Of a stretch of 64,000 bases of DNA, positions 1 to 13,251 are shown piece by piece. The notes beneath the pieces are model-generated. The model saw nothing but the letters and a program-made list of their open reading frames with translations. It was not told the origin of the DNA and ran no database searches. The DNA lies in contig NC_068990.1 in the NCBI RefSeq assembly GCF_001194135.2, positions 33,575,345 through 33,639,344 on the forward strand, in the 5' to 3' direction. Positions within the stretch are counted from its first letter, which is position 1; each line of letters begins with the position of its first letter. Origin of the DNA: Octopus bimaculoides. Taxonomy: Eukaryota. A program made the translations under genes and the position numbers.

Positions 1-195
1 GATGAAGAGATGGAGGCTTTTACAAGGGTCCTGGATACCTTTCCTTTAGAGAACTTCCATAGAGCCTTCATGATTTGGCTGGACTGTTACAACAAGTGCA
101 TTGAAGTCATAGGTTGTTACTTTGAAGGAGATTGAGTTTTGTACATCTTTGAAATCAATGAATACAGTTTCAAAACTTCTGGAGTACTCTTTGTA
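1..195 (+). mobile_element. 3' remnant of a mariner transposase gene (cut by the window edge)
   Basis: Frame 1 reads DEEMEAFTRVLDTFPLENFHRAFMIWLDCYNKCIEVIGCYFEGD* (stop at 133-135), matching the mariner C-terminus pattern (W..R..KCI...G.YFE). A degenerate TIR-like stretch follows. Confidence 0.7.
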
Positions 196-544
196 CACTG
201 GGTTCTTTTTACCATACTAATGCAGGCCTCTAGATTCTTAAATTACTCTTTACTCAGATTACACTGGATCTACAAACATTACTTTAAAACAGTTAAGAAT
301 TATGGTTCACTCTAAAGCCACTTAAAAGAGTGTTTAGTCATGACTATCTCTCTCTAGTAAAACCAAGTTCCACTTAATAGAACAGCTACATGATATCACA
401 TGCATAACATGTCAATCCAGCAAGATATATTATGTACGCAATATTTATTTTCTCTGTTTATTTGTTGATACTTCATCATATTCCATTCTGTGCAACTACT
501 CTTTCTTTTATTTACACAATCACTTTTTTCTTTAATGCCAGTTT

Positions 545-705
545 TGTTCTTTAGCCCTAGGCTAGTCATGATCAAGAAGAACTATAATAAAGACATTCTG
601 GCTATGACAATCTTTTTGTTTATTTAGTATACAATATATCTCTTTTTTTTTCAGATGGTAGGATGTAATTTGCAGGAGATTTGGCATCTCTTTCTCGCAA
701 CCACA
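545..705 (+). mobile_element. Unclassified interspersed repeat (family D), copy 1
   Basis: Motif agatggtaggatgtaatttgcaggagatttgg recurs in the window at about 54803-54850 (+) and 39952-39995 (-). Confidence 0.45.
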
Positions 706-1649
706 CAAAGCTCCCTTATTGACAGTTCTGATTTTATTCATACAGTAACAATTTAATAAATTTATCAGAGAAGGAACATGGAAAGACTATTAGATTAGTT
801 TGACAGGGGCATGTAATAGCCCTGTAATTCTTTATGCCTGCATATATAAATAAATGTATATACATTCATATATTGCTAGACGTATTGTGTGCCTGCTGTG
901 TTCTGCAAGCTGTATGTGTTTATGTAATATTCCTATGAAATCAGACTTCAAAAATGATATTTAATATTTAGTGGTGTAGGAATAGCAATGGGTTATGTAG
1001 CAATTGTGTAGTTTATATGTTGTAGGGAGGTCAAAGTTGTGACAGTGATGTGAATATACGTTTGTGTATGTGTATATATACTCATATATACACACACACA
1101 CACATTCATACATATAAATGTGTGTGTGTGCATGCATCTGTGTGTATATGTGTGTGAGTGTGTGTAAGATTTTTAGAGTGATGGTAGTAGTGTTTGTGTG
1201 TATGTGCATCTATAAGTATCAGAAAATGTCTTTATAAGTAGAGAAATGCATATTTTATGAGTTAAAGAAGTTTCAAAAAGTTTTGACAAGTTGAGAATAA
1301 ATTTGTTTCTCTAGAAAATGAAAAGACATACAGAAACCTTACACATACAGACATGCATGCCACACAAAGCCATACATTTAAGCATACACATATACAGACC
1401 CACATACATAAACACAAAGTCATACAGATTCTAGCATATACTGAGAAGGCCAACATTCACATGAAGACCAAGTTTTCTTGTTATCATGAACAAGGAGAGC
1501 TGGGATGAATTAATCTCCTGAAAGAAATGCTTTATAAATCAGGCTTTACAAATTAGGAAATGATTGATGAATAGCAATCAAATATTTGAAAGGCAAATAT
1601 TTAACAGGAATACACGACAATGTACACTATTTATTTTCTTCTTCAATAT

Positions 1650-2030
1650 CAGGAAGATTATTTGCAAGGATTGACTAACTCTTAAGCAACGATGATTTAG
1701 AACAAACAGAGAAATAATGAAAAGACATGATAAAGACCCAAAGAAGAAAAGTTATACTTTATCTTGACGCGTGAAGATGTAAAATGTGTTCCATATCAAA
1801 CCTAAAGAATGATGGAATATATGAGAAGAATATTTGACTGAAATGGCAGTTGTGTTGATAAGATATGTGGATATACTGTTCATAATTTGATTTTGTAATG
1901 GATACATCAAGGAAACTATGGCTTGAAAGCAAAATGAATAAAAAGGAAATTATAGATGATCTTGAGAAAAGTGTTGTGATAGGAAAAACCAAGGAAATTA
2001 TAGTTCAGAGAAGATGACTCAAGAAAAACA
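1650..2030 (+). mobile_element. Heavily decayed RTE-like LINE 3' remnant
   Basis: Translates with stops to LEKSVVIGKTKE, resembling the RTE/BovB C-terminal LEK.(L/I)M.GK.EG motif. The match is weak. Confidence 0.3.
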
Positions 2031-2119
2031 CACTTCATTTCAATAGTTTGGTCCTGTCATTTTATTCTATAGTTTACTCTAGAAAACATGACCTGATTAG
2101 AATAACAGCTTAACAATTA

Positions 2120-2265
2120 GCAAATTGGCAGAATCATTGATGTGTAGGACTAAATACTGTGCAGTACAAGTGCCAGTTCTGTTTTTTCGAGCTCAAATAC
2201 CCACAAGTCTAACCTTGCATTTCATCCTTGTTAGGTTAATATAATAAAGTACCAGTCTAGAACAA
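2120..2265 (+). mobile_element. Degenerate tRNA-derived SINE (family B)
   Basis: ggcagaatcatt...gagctcaaat...ttgcatttcatcctt...aaagtaccagt aligns by eye with the young copy at 36317-36535. Confidence 0.45.
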
Positions 2266-2814
2266 TACAAAGGCAGAACTTTTAGAATAATAGAGGACTT
2301 GCCATGTATTTACTTGCTCTAGCTCTTTATACCCTATTTTTTAGGAGATAGACTCAAATCTGTGGTCTGGTTTAACAACACCAACTTATCTTGGGATGCT
2401 GTTAGTAGAGTTCACTTTGTTGCAAGCATTGAGTGGGGCTAGGTCTCTGGTTTGAGAATAATTTCTTCCTTTGCTTCCTCTTAGAGACCCTGTAAAGGGT
2501 CACAGGCATTGCCTTTCCCTCCTAAAACTAGGTAAAACAAAAATAAATAAAACTGAAGAAAACAATAAAAAAATATGTGAAGAAATACTCTTAACATCAG
2601 AAACAAGTGCATGAACTTAGAGAAAACTTCAGTTAGTAACCAGAATAACTAGAAATAGAAGTGAAACCTCTTTTAACTCATGCCTTATCACAACAAAAGG
2701 TAGGACAATATAATGCAAGATTTTTAAAAGTTTCTAGTTAGGGAGGAAAAGGCACTGGATCCTTTACAAGCCCACCAAAACTTGTGAGTGGCCTGTTTGA
2801 GCACCTCTCTCTCT

Positions 2815-3162
2815 TTACTGAGGAGTGGTCATGTGTAGCTGGTTGTACCATTCCTTGATCTTAGTTTTCCCCTTGGCATTATCACCAAAGGCCTGGAGAA
2901 TTTTCTGGATGGTTTGAGCTTGAGTATCACGAAGCTTTTGGCAAAATGTGATGCAATATCTCTGCTCAATGCATTCAGTGAAAACAAAAATCCAGCGATC
3001 ACATGTCTGTACTGAAGGTATAACAGCCAAGAACTGACATGGCCTATCGGTGCAAAAATTTTCAATGCATGTACATGAAGGGCAGCATCACCTCCCTCCC
3101 TATCCGTGCACATTAGATTTGGTGGGAAAAATTAAACTTGGATACTTTTTGAACACACCTCA
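2815..3162 (-). mobile_element. 5' fragment of a mariner element (TIR plus N-terminal HTH region)
   Basis: The minus strand starts TA-tgaggtgtgttcaaaaag, a mariner-type TIR (TA at 3163-3164). It encodes ECIEQRYCITFCQKLRDTQAQTIQKILQAFGDNAKGKTKIKEWYNQ, a typical mariner N-terminus. Confidence 0.8.
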
Positions 3163-4379
3163 TAAAAACTGATGATGCAACAGAATTTTCTAACTGAATA
3201 CATCACACACTAAAAAAATATTTAAGTTAATTGTTACCATACTTAATCCAGTTATTGTCAACAGGTTAGAAAGAAAATAAATTAGATAGTGGAAAAAAGT
3301 AATATTCGTGAATGACTAAATTTGTTCTGAGTCTTTTAGCAAAATCAGAGGCAACTCTAAACATCATTTTGTATAATTAAATCTCCTCAGACTTCACTGT
3401 GCTATTGAGTTGCTTTTACATAACTGAATTCTACCTCTCAATTCCATGGTTTGAGTCAAGAGAAGTAAAACAGATAATATATTTGGATGTTCTTCATCTT
3501 TTGCAAAGAAATGTTACATACAACAAATCAACATCATTATATGATTGGTACTTCATTTACAAAATTTTGATGGATAAAACACAAAAATATACTTGCAATT
3601 TTCTCTTTTGGAACTGACTGAGAGACATGGAACTACATATACAGAGTTATAGAGTAATGATAAGTGGATAGTTCAGAACAATTCTTGAGGATTTTGAATG
3701 AAAATTCTTTGGATAGCTATTTTATTTAGCTGAGTTTAAAGAAATGTCAATTCTCAAATTATTATGATCACATGATCTGGAAAAGCATGAAAAGAAAATC
3801 AAGAACTTTGCTTGCTTTGACGAATTCTAATAGCTCAACCACCAAATTGTTTTTAGTTCCATTACAAACAAAAAGATTGTAGTTCCACAAACACTAATCT
3901 ACTTTTAAGCATTCAAATCCACAAGCTGATACTAAATTCACCTCCATATCCATAGACTGTATTTTATAGTTCATTAACTGTAACCTGATTTTTTATTTAC
4001 ACTTCATTAACTTATACCTGACATTTTTCATTCATGACTCATAGCCAGAATGCTATAGTTCACTACAGTTTAGTTGTTTTTATTTTATAATTTACGAATC
4101 ATAACACAATTTTTTAGTTCGCTGCCAATGTTCTGGAATATTAATTCACAACCAAAGCTTAAATTTTAGAACCTACAAAGAGAAAAAAAAAACAACTTCT
4201 GAGCACAGTGAAGTAGATATTTAAATACTTTTAGACATTTTTGTTTTTGTTTATTTCTTTGAAATGATTTTTACAGCAAATTTCTCCTGACTGGCAGAGA
4301 TTGGTTGCTTCTCAAACATAAACACTGTTTTTAAACAGATATTTTCATGTTAACTATGCAATAGTAAATGATATATAAT

Positions 4380-4690
4380 CACCCACAATTTCATGAGATA
4401 AAACATGCTTACGGTTTCAACAGGTAAAGCATACAGTTACCTACAGATTCATGAGATGAAATGCATAGCTACAGTTTTACCAGGTAAATTACAACTACCT
4501 GCAGAACAGTTTCATCAGGTAAATTATATAAGTAACACATGTTTTATTTGGTAAAGTGCATGGGTTATCTACAGTTTTATCACCTGAAGTATAAAGTCAC
4601 CTACAGTTTTACAAGGTAAAATATATTTACTTCCAGTTTCACCAACCTAATAAGTTATAGTTTCCTACAATTCCATCAGGCAAAAAGGAT
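4380..4690. repeat. Degenerate minisatellite, about 10 units of 28-35 bp
   Basis: Recurring core (ct)acagttt(c/t)a.caggtaaa with variable linkers. Confidence 0.7.
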
Positions 4691-4759
4691 TAATTGCAAA
4701 ATATTTGGAAGGGTGCGATTGCATTTGAGTATGACATTTTTTCTCTGTATTAAACTGTC

Positions 4760-5238
4760 TCTTTACTCTTTTACTCTCCTTTTACTCTTTTACTTGTTTC
4801 AGTCATTTGACTGCAGCTATGCTGGAGCACTGCTTTAGTTGAGCAAATTGACCCCAGGATTTATTCTTTGTAAGCCTAGTCCTTATTCTATTGGTCTCTT
4901 TTGCCGAACCGCTAAGTGACGGAGACGTAAACACACCAGCNNNNNNNNNNCTTTTGCCGAACCGCTAAGTGACGGAGACGTAAACACACCAGCATCGGTT
5001 GTCAAGCAATGTTGGGGGGACAAGCACAGACACACAAACATACACATATATATATACATACATATACATATATACGATGGGCTTCTTTCCGTTTCCGTCT
5101 ACCAAATCCACTCACAAGGCTTTGGTCGGCCTGAGGCTATAGTAGAAGACACTTGCCCAAGGTGACACGCAGTGGCACTGAACCCAGAACCATGTGGTTG
5201 GTAAGCAAACTACTTACCACACAGCCACTCCTGCGCCT
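4760..5238 (-). mobile_element. Near full-length bipartite tRNA-derived SINE (family A) with internal microsatellite
   Basis: Minus strand has a head with A-box-like gtggctgtgtgg and B-box-like ggttcagtgcc, body ccttgggcaagtgtcttc...gtgagtggatttggtagacggaaac, a (TA/TG)n linker and 3' module ...tgctccagcat...aaacaagtaaaagagtaaaag. Further copies at 21495, 29165, 44636 and 49730. Confidence 0.85.
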
Positions 5239-6637
5239 GTACTAAAACTCTACTAAAACCTATGGCTTAGAGTACATTTCACCCTTTAACTGTAAATTCC
5301 TTTAAATTAGCACAATTAGAGTGAGAAGGTATATTTATCTGCCCAAATTAGAAGTAAAGAACATGTTGAAATGGCCTGACTGGCAGTGATCTCTTTATTT
5401 CTCTTGTCATTCATGCACACATCTTACCAAACCAAGGACAGCTTCAACACCCAACAATAACTTTGTTTCAATACTTGAAGGGGTCTTTTGTTTTTGCTCT
5501 CAGCTTTAGTATTCTCTGCCATTCAGAAATCACTATTCTGTTATTCTTTCCAAATCCAAAGTCAGCCAGATAGTACATTGTGATTCTAACTCCTAATACG
5601 CAATATTCCACCTTCACTGGTTATACTATACATTGCCAACTTTGTGCCCTCATATAATTCCCAAAGTTCCTCATATTTTAGGCCCTTCCTTTTATGTACT
5701 CACTTACTGCATTATCACCTTCCCAAGCCACCATTAACTTTAAAAACAGTGACTATTTTAGTGAACTCAGTTTATTCCATGGGATCAGAACATTTTTTTC
5801 ATTATTACAACAAAGAATGTACGTTAAATCTAAATTTAATTTACAAAACACCTGTGTCTCTCCTTCTCAGAATACATCAGTGGAATTTTATATGTATTCA
5901 TATACAAATATACATAGATAGACATACACAGATATTTATGCGCATATATACATGTATATATGCACACATATTTATTAACTAATACCGTCCCCCCACCACA
6001 CACACACACACACACAAACATAAAATCACCATTTATGGAGCTAATTTTGACCATATATGGAACAGAAATTCTATTTAACTAAAACAAGCTAACTGGATGG
6101 AAACAATTTAACTGTAGTTTTACAAGTAAATCTAAGTAGATTTAGTTGTTATCAAATAACTGGAATGTTTATGTCAGTTTTACTGTTATTGTTTATTGGT
6201 CGGCGAATACTCGGTCAGAATCTGCCATGAAACATGTCTCATATTTTATGGTAATAGAGACATGCCAGATAAAACCCCAATGTAATTTCATTTTCATGTA
6301 TTACACCAAATATAGACAACTCACTCTCTCTCTCTCTCTCTGCACACATACATATACACCTACATACATATAGCTTTACTCAGTAATAATTAAATAAGCA
6401 TAAGATGTATGCAAAACTGAAGGAAAGTTTCATGTACATAGAGAAAAGTAATGTTTTCTTGACAGAGGCAATAAAATAACTTTGATCATCATCATGATCA
6501 TCATCATTGAAACACTATATATTCACAATAAATCTAACAATTTAAAGGGGTTTAAGTTTTATCCTGATAAAGGTATGCTATACATCATTCTAATATTGCA
6601 TGTGTGGTTTTATGTGCAGCAACTGGATAGTGTGACA

Positions 6638-6678
<41 letters not shown>
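6638..6678. repeat. (ATT)n microsatellite
   Basis: Perfect trinucleotide run visible in the sequence. Confidence 0.95.
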
Positions 6679-6680
<2 letters not shown>

Positions 6681-6714
6681 TAGTCTTGTCTTGTTGAGAA
6701 CATGATAACCTCTC

Positions 6715-6910
6715 TAGGGTTGGTGCCATCATGAAATACACCCATCACACTTTATAAAGTCATTGGCATTATGAAGAGCATTCAGCTCTTAGAAGCAAAA
6801 TCAAAAACTAAATGTATGATCCGTCTAGGAGGGCAGAAACTCTGAATAAGAGCTGAGTAAGACTATGTTGATGATGATGATGATAAGGATGATGATGATG
6901 GTGATGGTGA
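6715..6910 (+). mobile_element. Degenerate RTE-tailed SINE (family C) with (GAT)n tail
   Basis: ggtgccatcatgaaatacaccc...cattggcattatgaagagcattcagc resembles the family C core gttggcattaggaaaggcatccagc, and the element ends in gatgatgat. Confidence 0.4.
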
Positions 6911-7096
6911 AGTCCAATATTACTGTTTGTGATTGTGATTGTTGAATTGTCAGATTATATTTCATTGCAAGTTGTAAATATACAATTAAAATAAAATGAG
7001 CTGAGCCAAACACAGTCGAATTCTCAGAGCAAACAGATGTTACCTTAGTTTGTCGTCATATATTCTCAAGCCAAGTGTTACCCAAGTTTGTCCTGA

Positions 7097-7130
<34 letters not shown>

Positions 7131-7251
7131 ATGTCAATATAATACAAATATGGCTGTCAAGTTGATGCACTTTTTAAATAACATGGAGCACACTCACACT
7201 CTACTTTCATTACCGCAGTTATTGTAAAGTGATATTAGTAATTATTGTACA

Positions 7252-7290
<39 letters not shown>

Positions 7291-8022
7291 CAGCAGTAGC
7301 GTCTGCAGTGGTGATGGCAGTATTGATGCTGGCAGTGGTGGTGGTAGAGATGATTGTGAGATAGAATTTAAAAAATGGCTGTCTGGTAGTAGGGTTCAAT
7401 GACTAAAGGAATGATATAATCTAAAATAATTGAAAACCTGAAAATGATATTTTTCTATATATGCAAGTCACCCCCATTGCCTCCACGAGTCTTCCAGACT
7501 GGTCAGACTGATGCTGGCAATGTCCTATCTAAACAGATTTGGTAACATTGACTACATGTGCAAGAGAGTCTGGTCTGAATGCTGGCAACAGAAGGAACTT
7601 TGCCGTACACACTCAAAGACCAAGGTGCAGGCAGCATGATTGCGGATAGGAAGCTCAACAAATCATCTGGGCTGAGGGGCCTCCATGCAGATTTAGTAAA
7701 AAGCATTCCTTTATAATTCTTGTTAATTTGTTACTCTAATTATCTTTTTTGCTATGAGTATGAAATTTTCATGCTAAAACATTTGTATTTTTACTTTTTC
7801 TGTTTTCCATTTTATATAAATTACAATAAGTGCAGGCATAGATTTGCTATTAAGAAGCTTGTTTTGCAACAATTTGGTTTCAAGCTCAGTCCCACTCCAT
7901 GGTACCAAGAGCAAGTGTCTTCTACTATTGATCTAGGCTGACCAATGTCTTTGTTAGATGGAAACTCTGTGAAAGCCTGTTGTGTGTGTGTGTATGTGTA
8001 TGTATGTGTGTGTGTGTGTATA

Positions 8023-8692
8023 CAGGGTGCAATGGGTAAATCGCCACACAGTATAGTAGAGTCAGTTGGACACCATTTGTGATAAAAACAGCACCAGCAC
8101 GCAATTCACTCTGCCAGAAATTTGAAAATGACATGCTGTACTGCTTGGCATTCACGCTGGAAGCTCCAATACAAATATCTCAGAGTGTTTAGGTGTCAAT
8201 CCTAGGATAGTGTAGTGGATTTAGAAAGAGTTGGATGAGTCTAATGGTGATTACGAATGTACAACACCTTAGAAATCACTCTGATGAGAAAAGAACTCCT
8301 GAATTTGTTGGTGAGATCCAGGCCATGATTGACAATGATCCGTTTAAGTCAATCAGGTCCATTGTCAGGGACATGAGAGTGCTTGAGTTTCTTATCAGGC
8401 AGGTAGTGCATGAAGACATTTGGTATTCCGGATACAAGATGAGAAAGGGCTAATTTTTATCCCAAGCCATCAAGGCCATGCTATGAAGCTTTTGAACAAA
8501 CTCAAGCATCCTCTCCAACCAAACATGCTTTAGTTTTTCTCTGACGAGAAAAATTTCTGCCAGGATCAGATGGTGAATGCACAGAACAACTGTTGGCTTA
8601 CCATGTCTCCAAAACATGTACTGAGAGTGATAAAAATCAAACATCCAGTCAACTTCATGGTGTTTGGAGTGATCACTAGTGATGGCGATTAT
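8023..8692 (+). mobile_element. 3'-truncated, pseudogenised Tc1/mariner-superfamily element, maT (DD37D)-like
   Basis: Starts TA-cagggtg directly after a (TG/TATG)n run. Translates to KRTPEFVGEIQAMIDNDPFKSIRSIVRDM...RQVVHEDI.Y..YKMRKG, then with disruptions LNKLKHPLQPNML*FFSDEKNFCQDQMVNAQNN.WL...HPVNFMVFGVITSDGD. FSDEK and MVFG motifs are present; the third catalytic residue is missing, so the family call is inferred. Confidence 0.8.
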
Positions 8693-8849
8693 ATTAAATA
8701 AATTTACTCTTTAGTATTTCAAGATATTTTTATGTAACTTTGGTAAATATATCAGTTAAAATGAGATGTCAGTGTTATTTTCCTTTTTGTGTAATTTGGA
8801 TGACAATTTATTCATCGCACTCTTTATATATATATGTGTGTGTGTGTGT

Positions 8850-8929
8850 GTTAACCTCGTGGGCATCGGTACCATTTTCCTCTTTCTCCGTTTTTCCATT
8901 CTCCGAACTTTCCATCTTTCCGACGAAGG
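8850..8929 (+). mobile_element. Possible Penelope-like pseudo-LTR stub running into an assembly gap
   Basis: A pyrimidine-rich leader ends in ttCCGACGAagg at the gap edge, the same core as the hammerhead motifs at 30254-30260. Confidence 0.3.
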
Positions 8930-9123
8930 NNNNNNNNNNNNNNNNNNNNNNNNNNNNNNNNNNNNNNNNNNNNNNNNNNNNNNNNNNNNNNNNNNNNNNN
9001 NNNNNNNNNNNNNNNNNNNNNNNNNNNNNNNNNNNNNNNNNNNNNNNNNNNNNNNNNNNNNNNNNNNNNNNNNNNNNNNNNNNNNNNNNNNNNNNNNNNN
9101 NNNNNNNNNNNNNNNNNNNNNNN

Positions 9124-9155
<32 letters not shown>

Positions 9156-10133
9156 GTGTATGTGTATATATGTGTATGTATGTATATATATCTGTGTGTA
9201 TGTGTGTGTCTATGTTTGTCTCCACGAACACCACCACTACCACCACTACCACCACCTGACTATTTGTTTGATTACATCCCCATAACTCAGATCTTAGCAA
9301 TTTGACAAAACAGACTAAAAATACCAGACTTAAAAGAACACAAATACTGCAGTCTGTTCCACCAAAACACCGCAAGGTGATACCCCAGCATGGTCACACT
9401 CTAATGAGTGAATCAAGTAAAAAAAGATTAGAGATATGCACTGAGTGACATTTTACACAAATTCACTAATATTGCTTCTTTGGAGTTTCGTTTATTCACA
9501 GAGATTAAATGAATGAATGAGAAAATAACACATAAATTTAGGAGCATCAGTTGACAAGTCAGCCATTTGTGGAGTCAAACTGTGCTGGTAAGAACAATTA
9601 TGATATAGCAATATACTATGGTCAATGCATGTACACTTTTCAGAATTCCTAAGTCTGAAAGGAATTCTTTGACAAGAAATAACCAGCTGAGCTTCATATA
9701 TAAACCCACTAGGAGCAAGACATTTTAAGTCATGTTCTTGAATTTTACTGATCAACAAACAACCTATATTTTTTCAACCACTGTTCTAGTTTGCTAGAAA
9801 TGGCAAAGGTAATGATTTCAATGTTGGATACAACATTCAAATAAAATATCTCATTAGATATGACAGTTGTCTATATTTTCTATGGTATCTCATGTTGGTA
9901 TAAATGGCCCTTATCTCAATGTCATCACTGGCCTCTCAATAGACTGAAATATCTGGATATGTGTCAATCATAGATATCTTAAATCGATGAGACCAGATCA
10001 AATGTCACTGGTGAGAGATGTTATATGTATTAATTAATATTTCATGTTACAAAATTTAAGGATAAAAACTAGCACAATAATCTATCGAAATATGAATTAT
10101 TAAAGTTTATTAATTTGATAGAGGAGAAGTAAT

Positions 10134-10470
10134 AAAGTATATTAATATACTCTAACAAGAGGTATCAAAGTATATTAATCTATTATAACATGAGATATAG
10201 TAAATTTATTTATTATAACATGAAAATGTTAAAGTATATTAATCTAGTACAACATGAGATATTCTAGTATTTTTATTATAATGAGATACTAAATAAAGTA
10301 AATTTATTTAAGATGACATATATTAATCTAGTATAACATGAAGTTTAATGCATATTAATCTAGAACAACATGAGATATTATAATATATTTATTTATTATA
10401 ATATGAGATATTACGATATGATATTTATTTACCATTACATGAGATATATTTTAATCTATTACAACATGAA
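10134..10470. repeat. Degenerate AT-rich minisatellite, about 10 units of about 33 bp
   Basis: Recurring unit aaagtatattaatcta(t/g)tataacatgagatat. Confidence 0.7.
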
Positions 10471-11054
10471 TTTATTATACAAAAGGAGTGTTTCTCAAAG
10501 CAGGTTTCTAGGAACTTCAGGTAAAGAATTTTTGCAATCAGCAAGATAATGTATCATTTAATAAAATATAATTTTAAAAAATCATTTTAATAAGCAAGCA
10601 TGTTTCGCCATTTTCCAAATAAGTTATATATTGTTGTTGGAATAAATTTTCTCTAAAACAATTTCTGTTCCACTTCATGACTTTAAAATTAAGGTGGCAG
10701 GTCTTGTTTGTAAAATATAATAAGTATGGATTCTACAACTTTAGGAAAATAGCATAATGGGTTCCATATCAAAATAAGTTTCAAAATTGCTGTACTAGAG
10801 TAAGTACAATAATGTATTTCATATGATAAGTTACATTATTGAAATTTATCTTACCAAGAAATTTTACATAAATAAGTACAGATTATTTATGATAATAACA
10901 TCACCCTCTTTTGGAAATGTATTTTGTGAATCAGTTATGCAGAAGATAGGAACATTATTAGACTTGAAAAATAATGAACGTATGTTGTATAACAGATTCA
11001 TGAATTGATGATCAAGTTGAAGAATTTAGAAAGCAGAGGAAGTAAAGAAGAGAA

Positions 11055-11088
<34 letters not shown>

Positions 11089-12204
11089 TTGGAGATAACG
11101 TTAGATTACAATGATTTAAAAGTTGTATAAATAACAACATCAAAGATAACGATTATAGTTTAAATAACCTTTACTATTTTAAGTATCATTCTAATGGCCC
11201 GTTTCTGTTTGTCTTTCAACCATTAGTCTATTTATATAGGGAAAAAGACAACTTTGCAAACTATTAGAATATTTTGAGTTTGACATTAATGATTAAAACC
11301 ATGAAAGAAAAATGTTAAAACAATAGCAGAAAACCATTAAGAAAATAACAGAAGTTTGAACTAACGACTGTGTTTATCACAGGTGCCAGTTAAGAGATAA
11401 GGAATCGGTAAATATCTAATTCTGTCTGTTTGAAACTATCTATCAGGAGGCTGGTACAATTTATTAATTACTCTCGAGGTGAAAGGTTGAAATTAACGAG
11501 GCAGAATCAGTGAAAAAATAGGAAATGAAGCAAAAGCAAATTACAACAATTGGTAAGAGGAATAAGAATGACTGCAATTGTCCTGAAGTTGGCTGGAAAC
11601 TATATTAATAATGATTGATAATAATAATAATAATAATGGAGGTAGTGATATGATAGAGAAGTAGCGTGGAGTGATGAACACGTTGATTAGAAAGATGGAG
11701 AAGGCGATAGCTATATTATAATACGAGTGAATATAACAGTGATGATCATGTTTACAATGGCCACAGTAATGACAATAATACAATGGTCATTATATTAATG
11801 ATGATAATAATGATGATAATGATGATGATGGTGATAAAGTTAATGAAAAATGATGATTATGATATCTTGATCCTAATGAAGACGTTGGTAACAGTAGTGC
11901 TGTTGATAGAGGTGGCTGGGGGGGGGCTTCAGTATCATGAATATCATCAATATCATTAATGATATCGTAATGTTGATGATGACAATGATTAGAAATCAAT
12001 TAATGAATTAACGATCTATGGTTGAATTATCGACTATTGATTTCATTTTAATAACTTTTATGAATAAAATTACAATTCTAGAGGAAGTGAAATATAAATC
12101 ACCTCCAAGAAGTCTATACTTCAGTGAAGATCTACTACTACTACTACTACTACTACTTTTTCTTCTTCTTCTTATCATCTTCATCATCATCGTCATTATT
12201 ACTA

Positions 12205-12749
12205 GTGAGTGAGAGAGCAGCGCATGCCATCAAAGTGACACTGGGGTAAAATATACGAAGCCCAGTATGGCCCTCATGACTTCCCATCTGATAAGGGTAA
12301 ACCAGGCACATACATCAAAATCATATGTGCGTGACATGGTGATCTTATATCAAGATAAACAGTACATGAGCTTGCAGGTGGAGCCCAGTTAAAATTTTCT
12401 TCAGGTCAAGTAGCCCATCCCACTTAAAAGGTTCCTGGATAAGGGTTGTTTAAGGGTCTTGAATGAAACATCAATGTTTCCAGAGGTGAATTATCCAAAC
12501 CCCAAAGAATTCCTCTCAACACATGACTATGATGCTCCCCCACTACTTCTGCTCGTGATCAGAGATGCACATATTATCAACCACTAAGGGACATGCTCAA
12601 CTGGTTAAGGTCAAACAACTGACAAACAAATCTGTGGTATCGAGCAGAATATTTGCTGTAGCCCATCTTTTATACCAGGACAAAACAATGTACATGATAA
12701 TACTTCCAATCAGTTAAGATCAGGTGCTATGAGAGCCACTGCTTGATAC
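12205..12749 (-). mobile_element. Unclassified non-coding interspersed element (about 550 bp) with a microsatellite tail on the minus strand
   Basis: Higher-GC complex sequence bounded on the left by a trinucleotide mosaic and on the right by the mariner TIR. Recognised from memory as an abundant octopus-type repeat; only one copy is in this window. Confidence 0.35.
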
Positions 12750-12751
12750 TA

Positions 12752-13188
12752 TTAGGTTGTTCCAAAAATTACAGCCGATTTTAGAAACAATTTTATTCTG
12801 GAAAAATTGACAATAGAAATGTTTTCATTAGTCAAAGTATGAGCCATGAACATCTATGCATCTCTGCCATTGATCAACAAGATTATTCATGCCCTGTTGA
12901 TAACAACTTATTGGCTTTGATGCTAAGAAATCTTTGAAAGCTGATTTCACCTCTGGTTTGGACCTGAAAGTTTTATCACTTAAAAACGTGTTTAAATGCT
13001 TTAAAAAATGGTAGTCAGTGTGTGAAAGATCAGGAGAATATGGAAGATATGGTAAAGTCTCATATCCCAAGTCTGTGTGTTTCTGCAGCATCATGTCGAA
13101 TTTAACCTAAAATATAATTAAAATACTATGATAAAATTGTGTTTCAAAACACAACACTTAGAGCGGCCATTATTTTTGGAACAACCTA

Positions 13189-13189
<1 letters not shown>
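12752..13189 (-). mobile_element. Internally deleted mariner (MITE-like, 438 bp) retaining the catalytic C-terminus
   Basis: 26-bp TIRs ttaggttgttccaaaaattacagccg (3 mismatches), with TA on the left flank. ORF 12828-13094 reads LGYETLPYLPYSPDLSHTDYHFLKHL...LVDQWQRCIDVHGSYFD (YSPDL motif). Confidence 0.92.

Positions 13190-13251
<62 letters not shown>

Noticed and set aside
4380-4690. CRISPR-like appearance (conserved core with variable spacers)
   Set aside because: Eukaryotic context, no cas genes, degenerate repeats, and spacers that are short and related to each other.
4898-4993. 43-bp direct repeat either side of a 10-N gap (4898-4940 and 4951-4993)
   Set aside because: An identical overlap flanking a fixed-size gap is a typical unmerged contig overlap, not a biological duplication.
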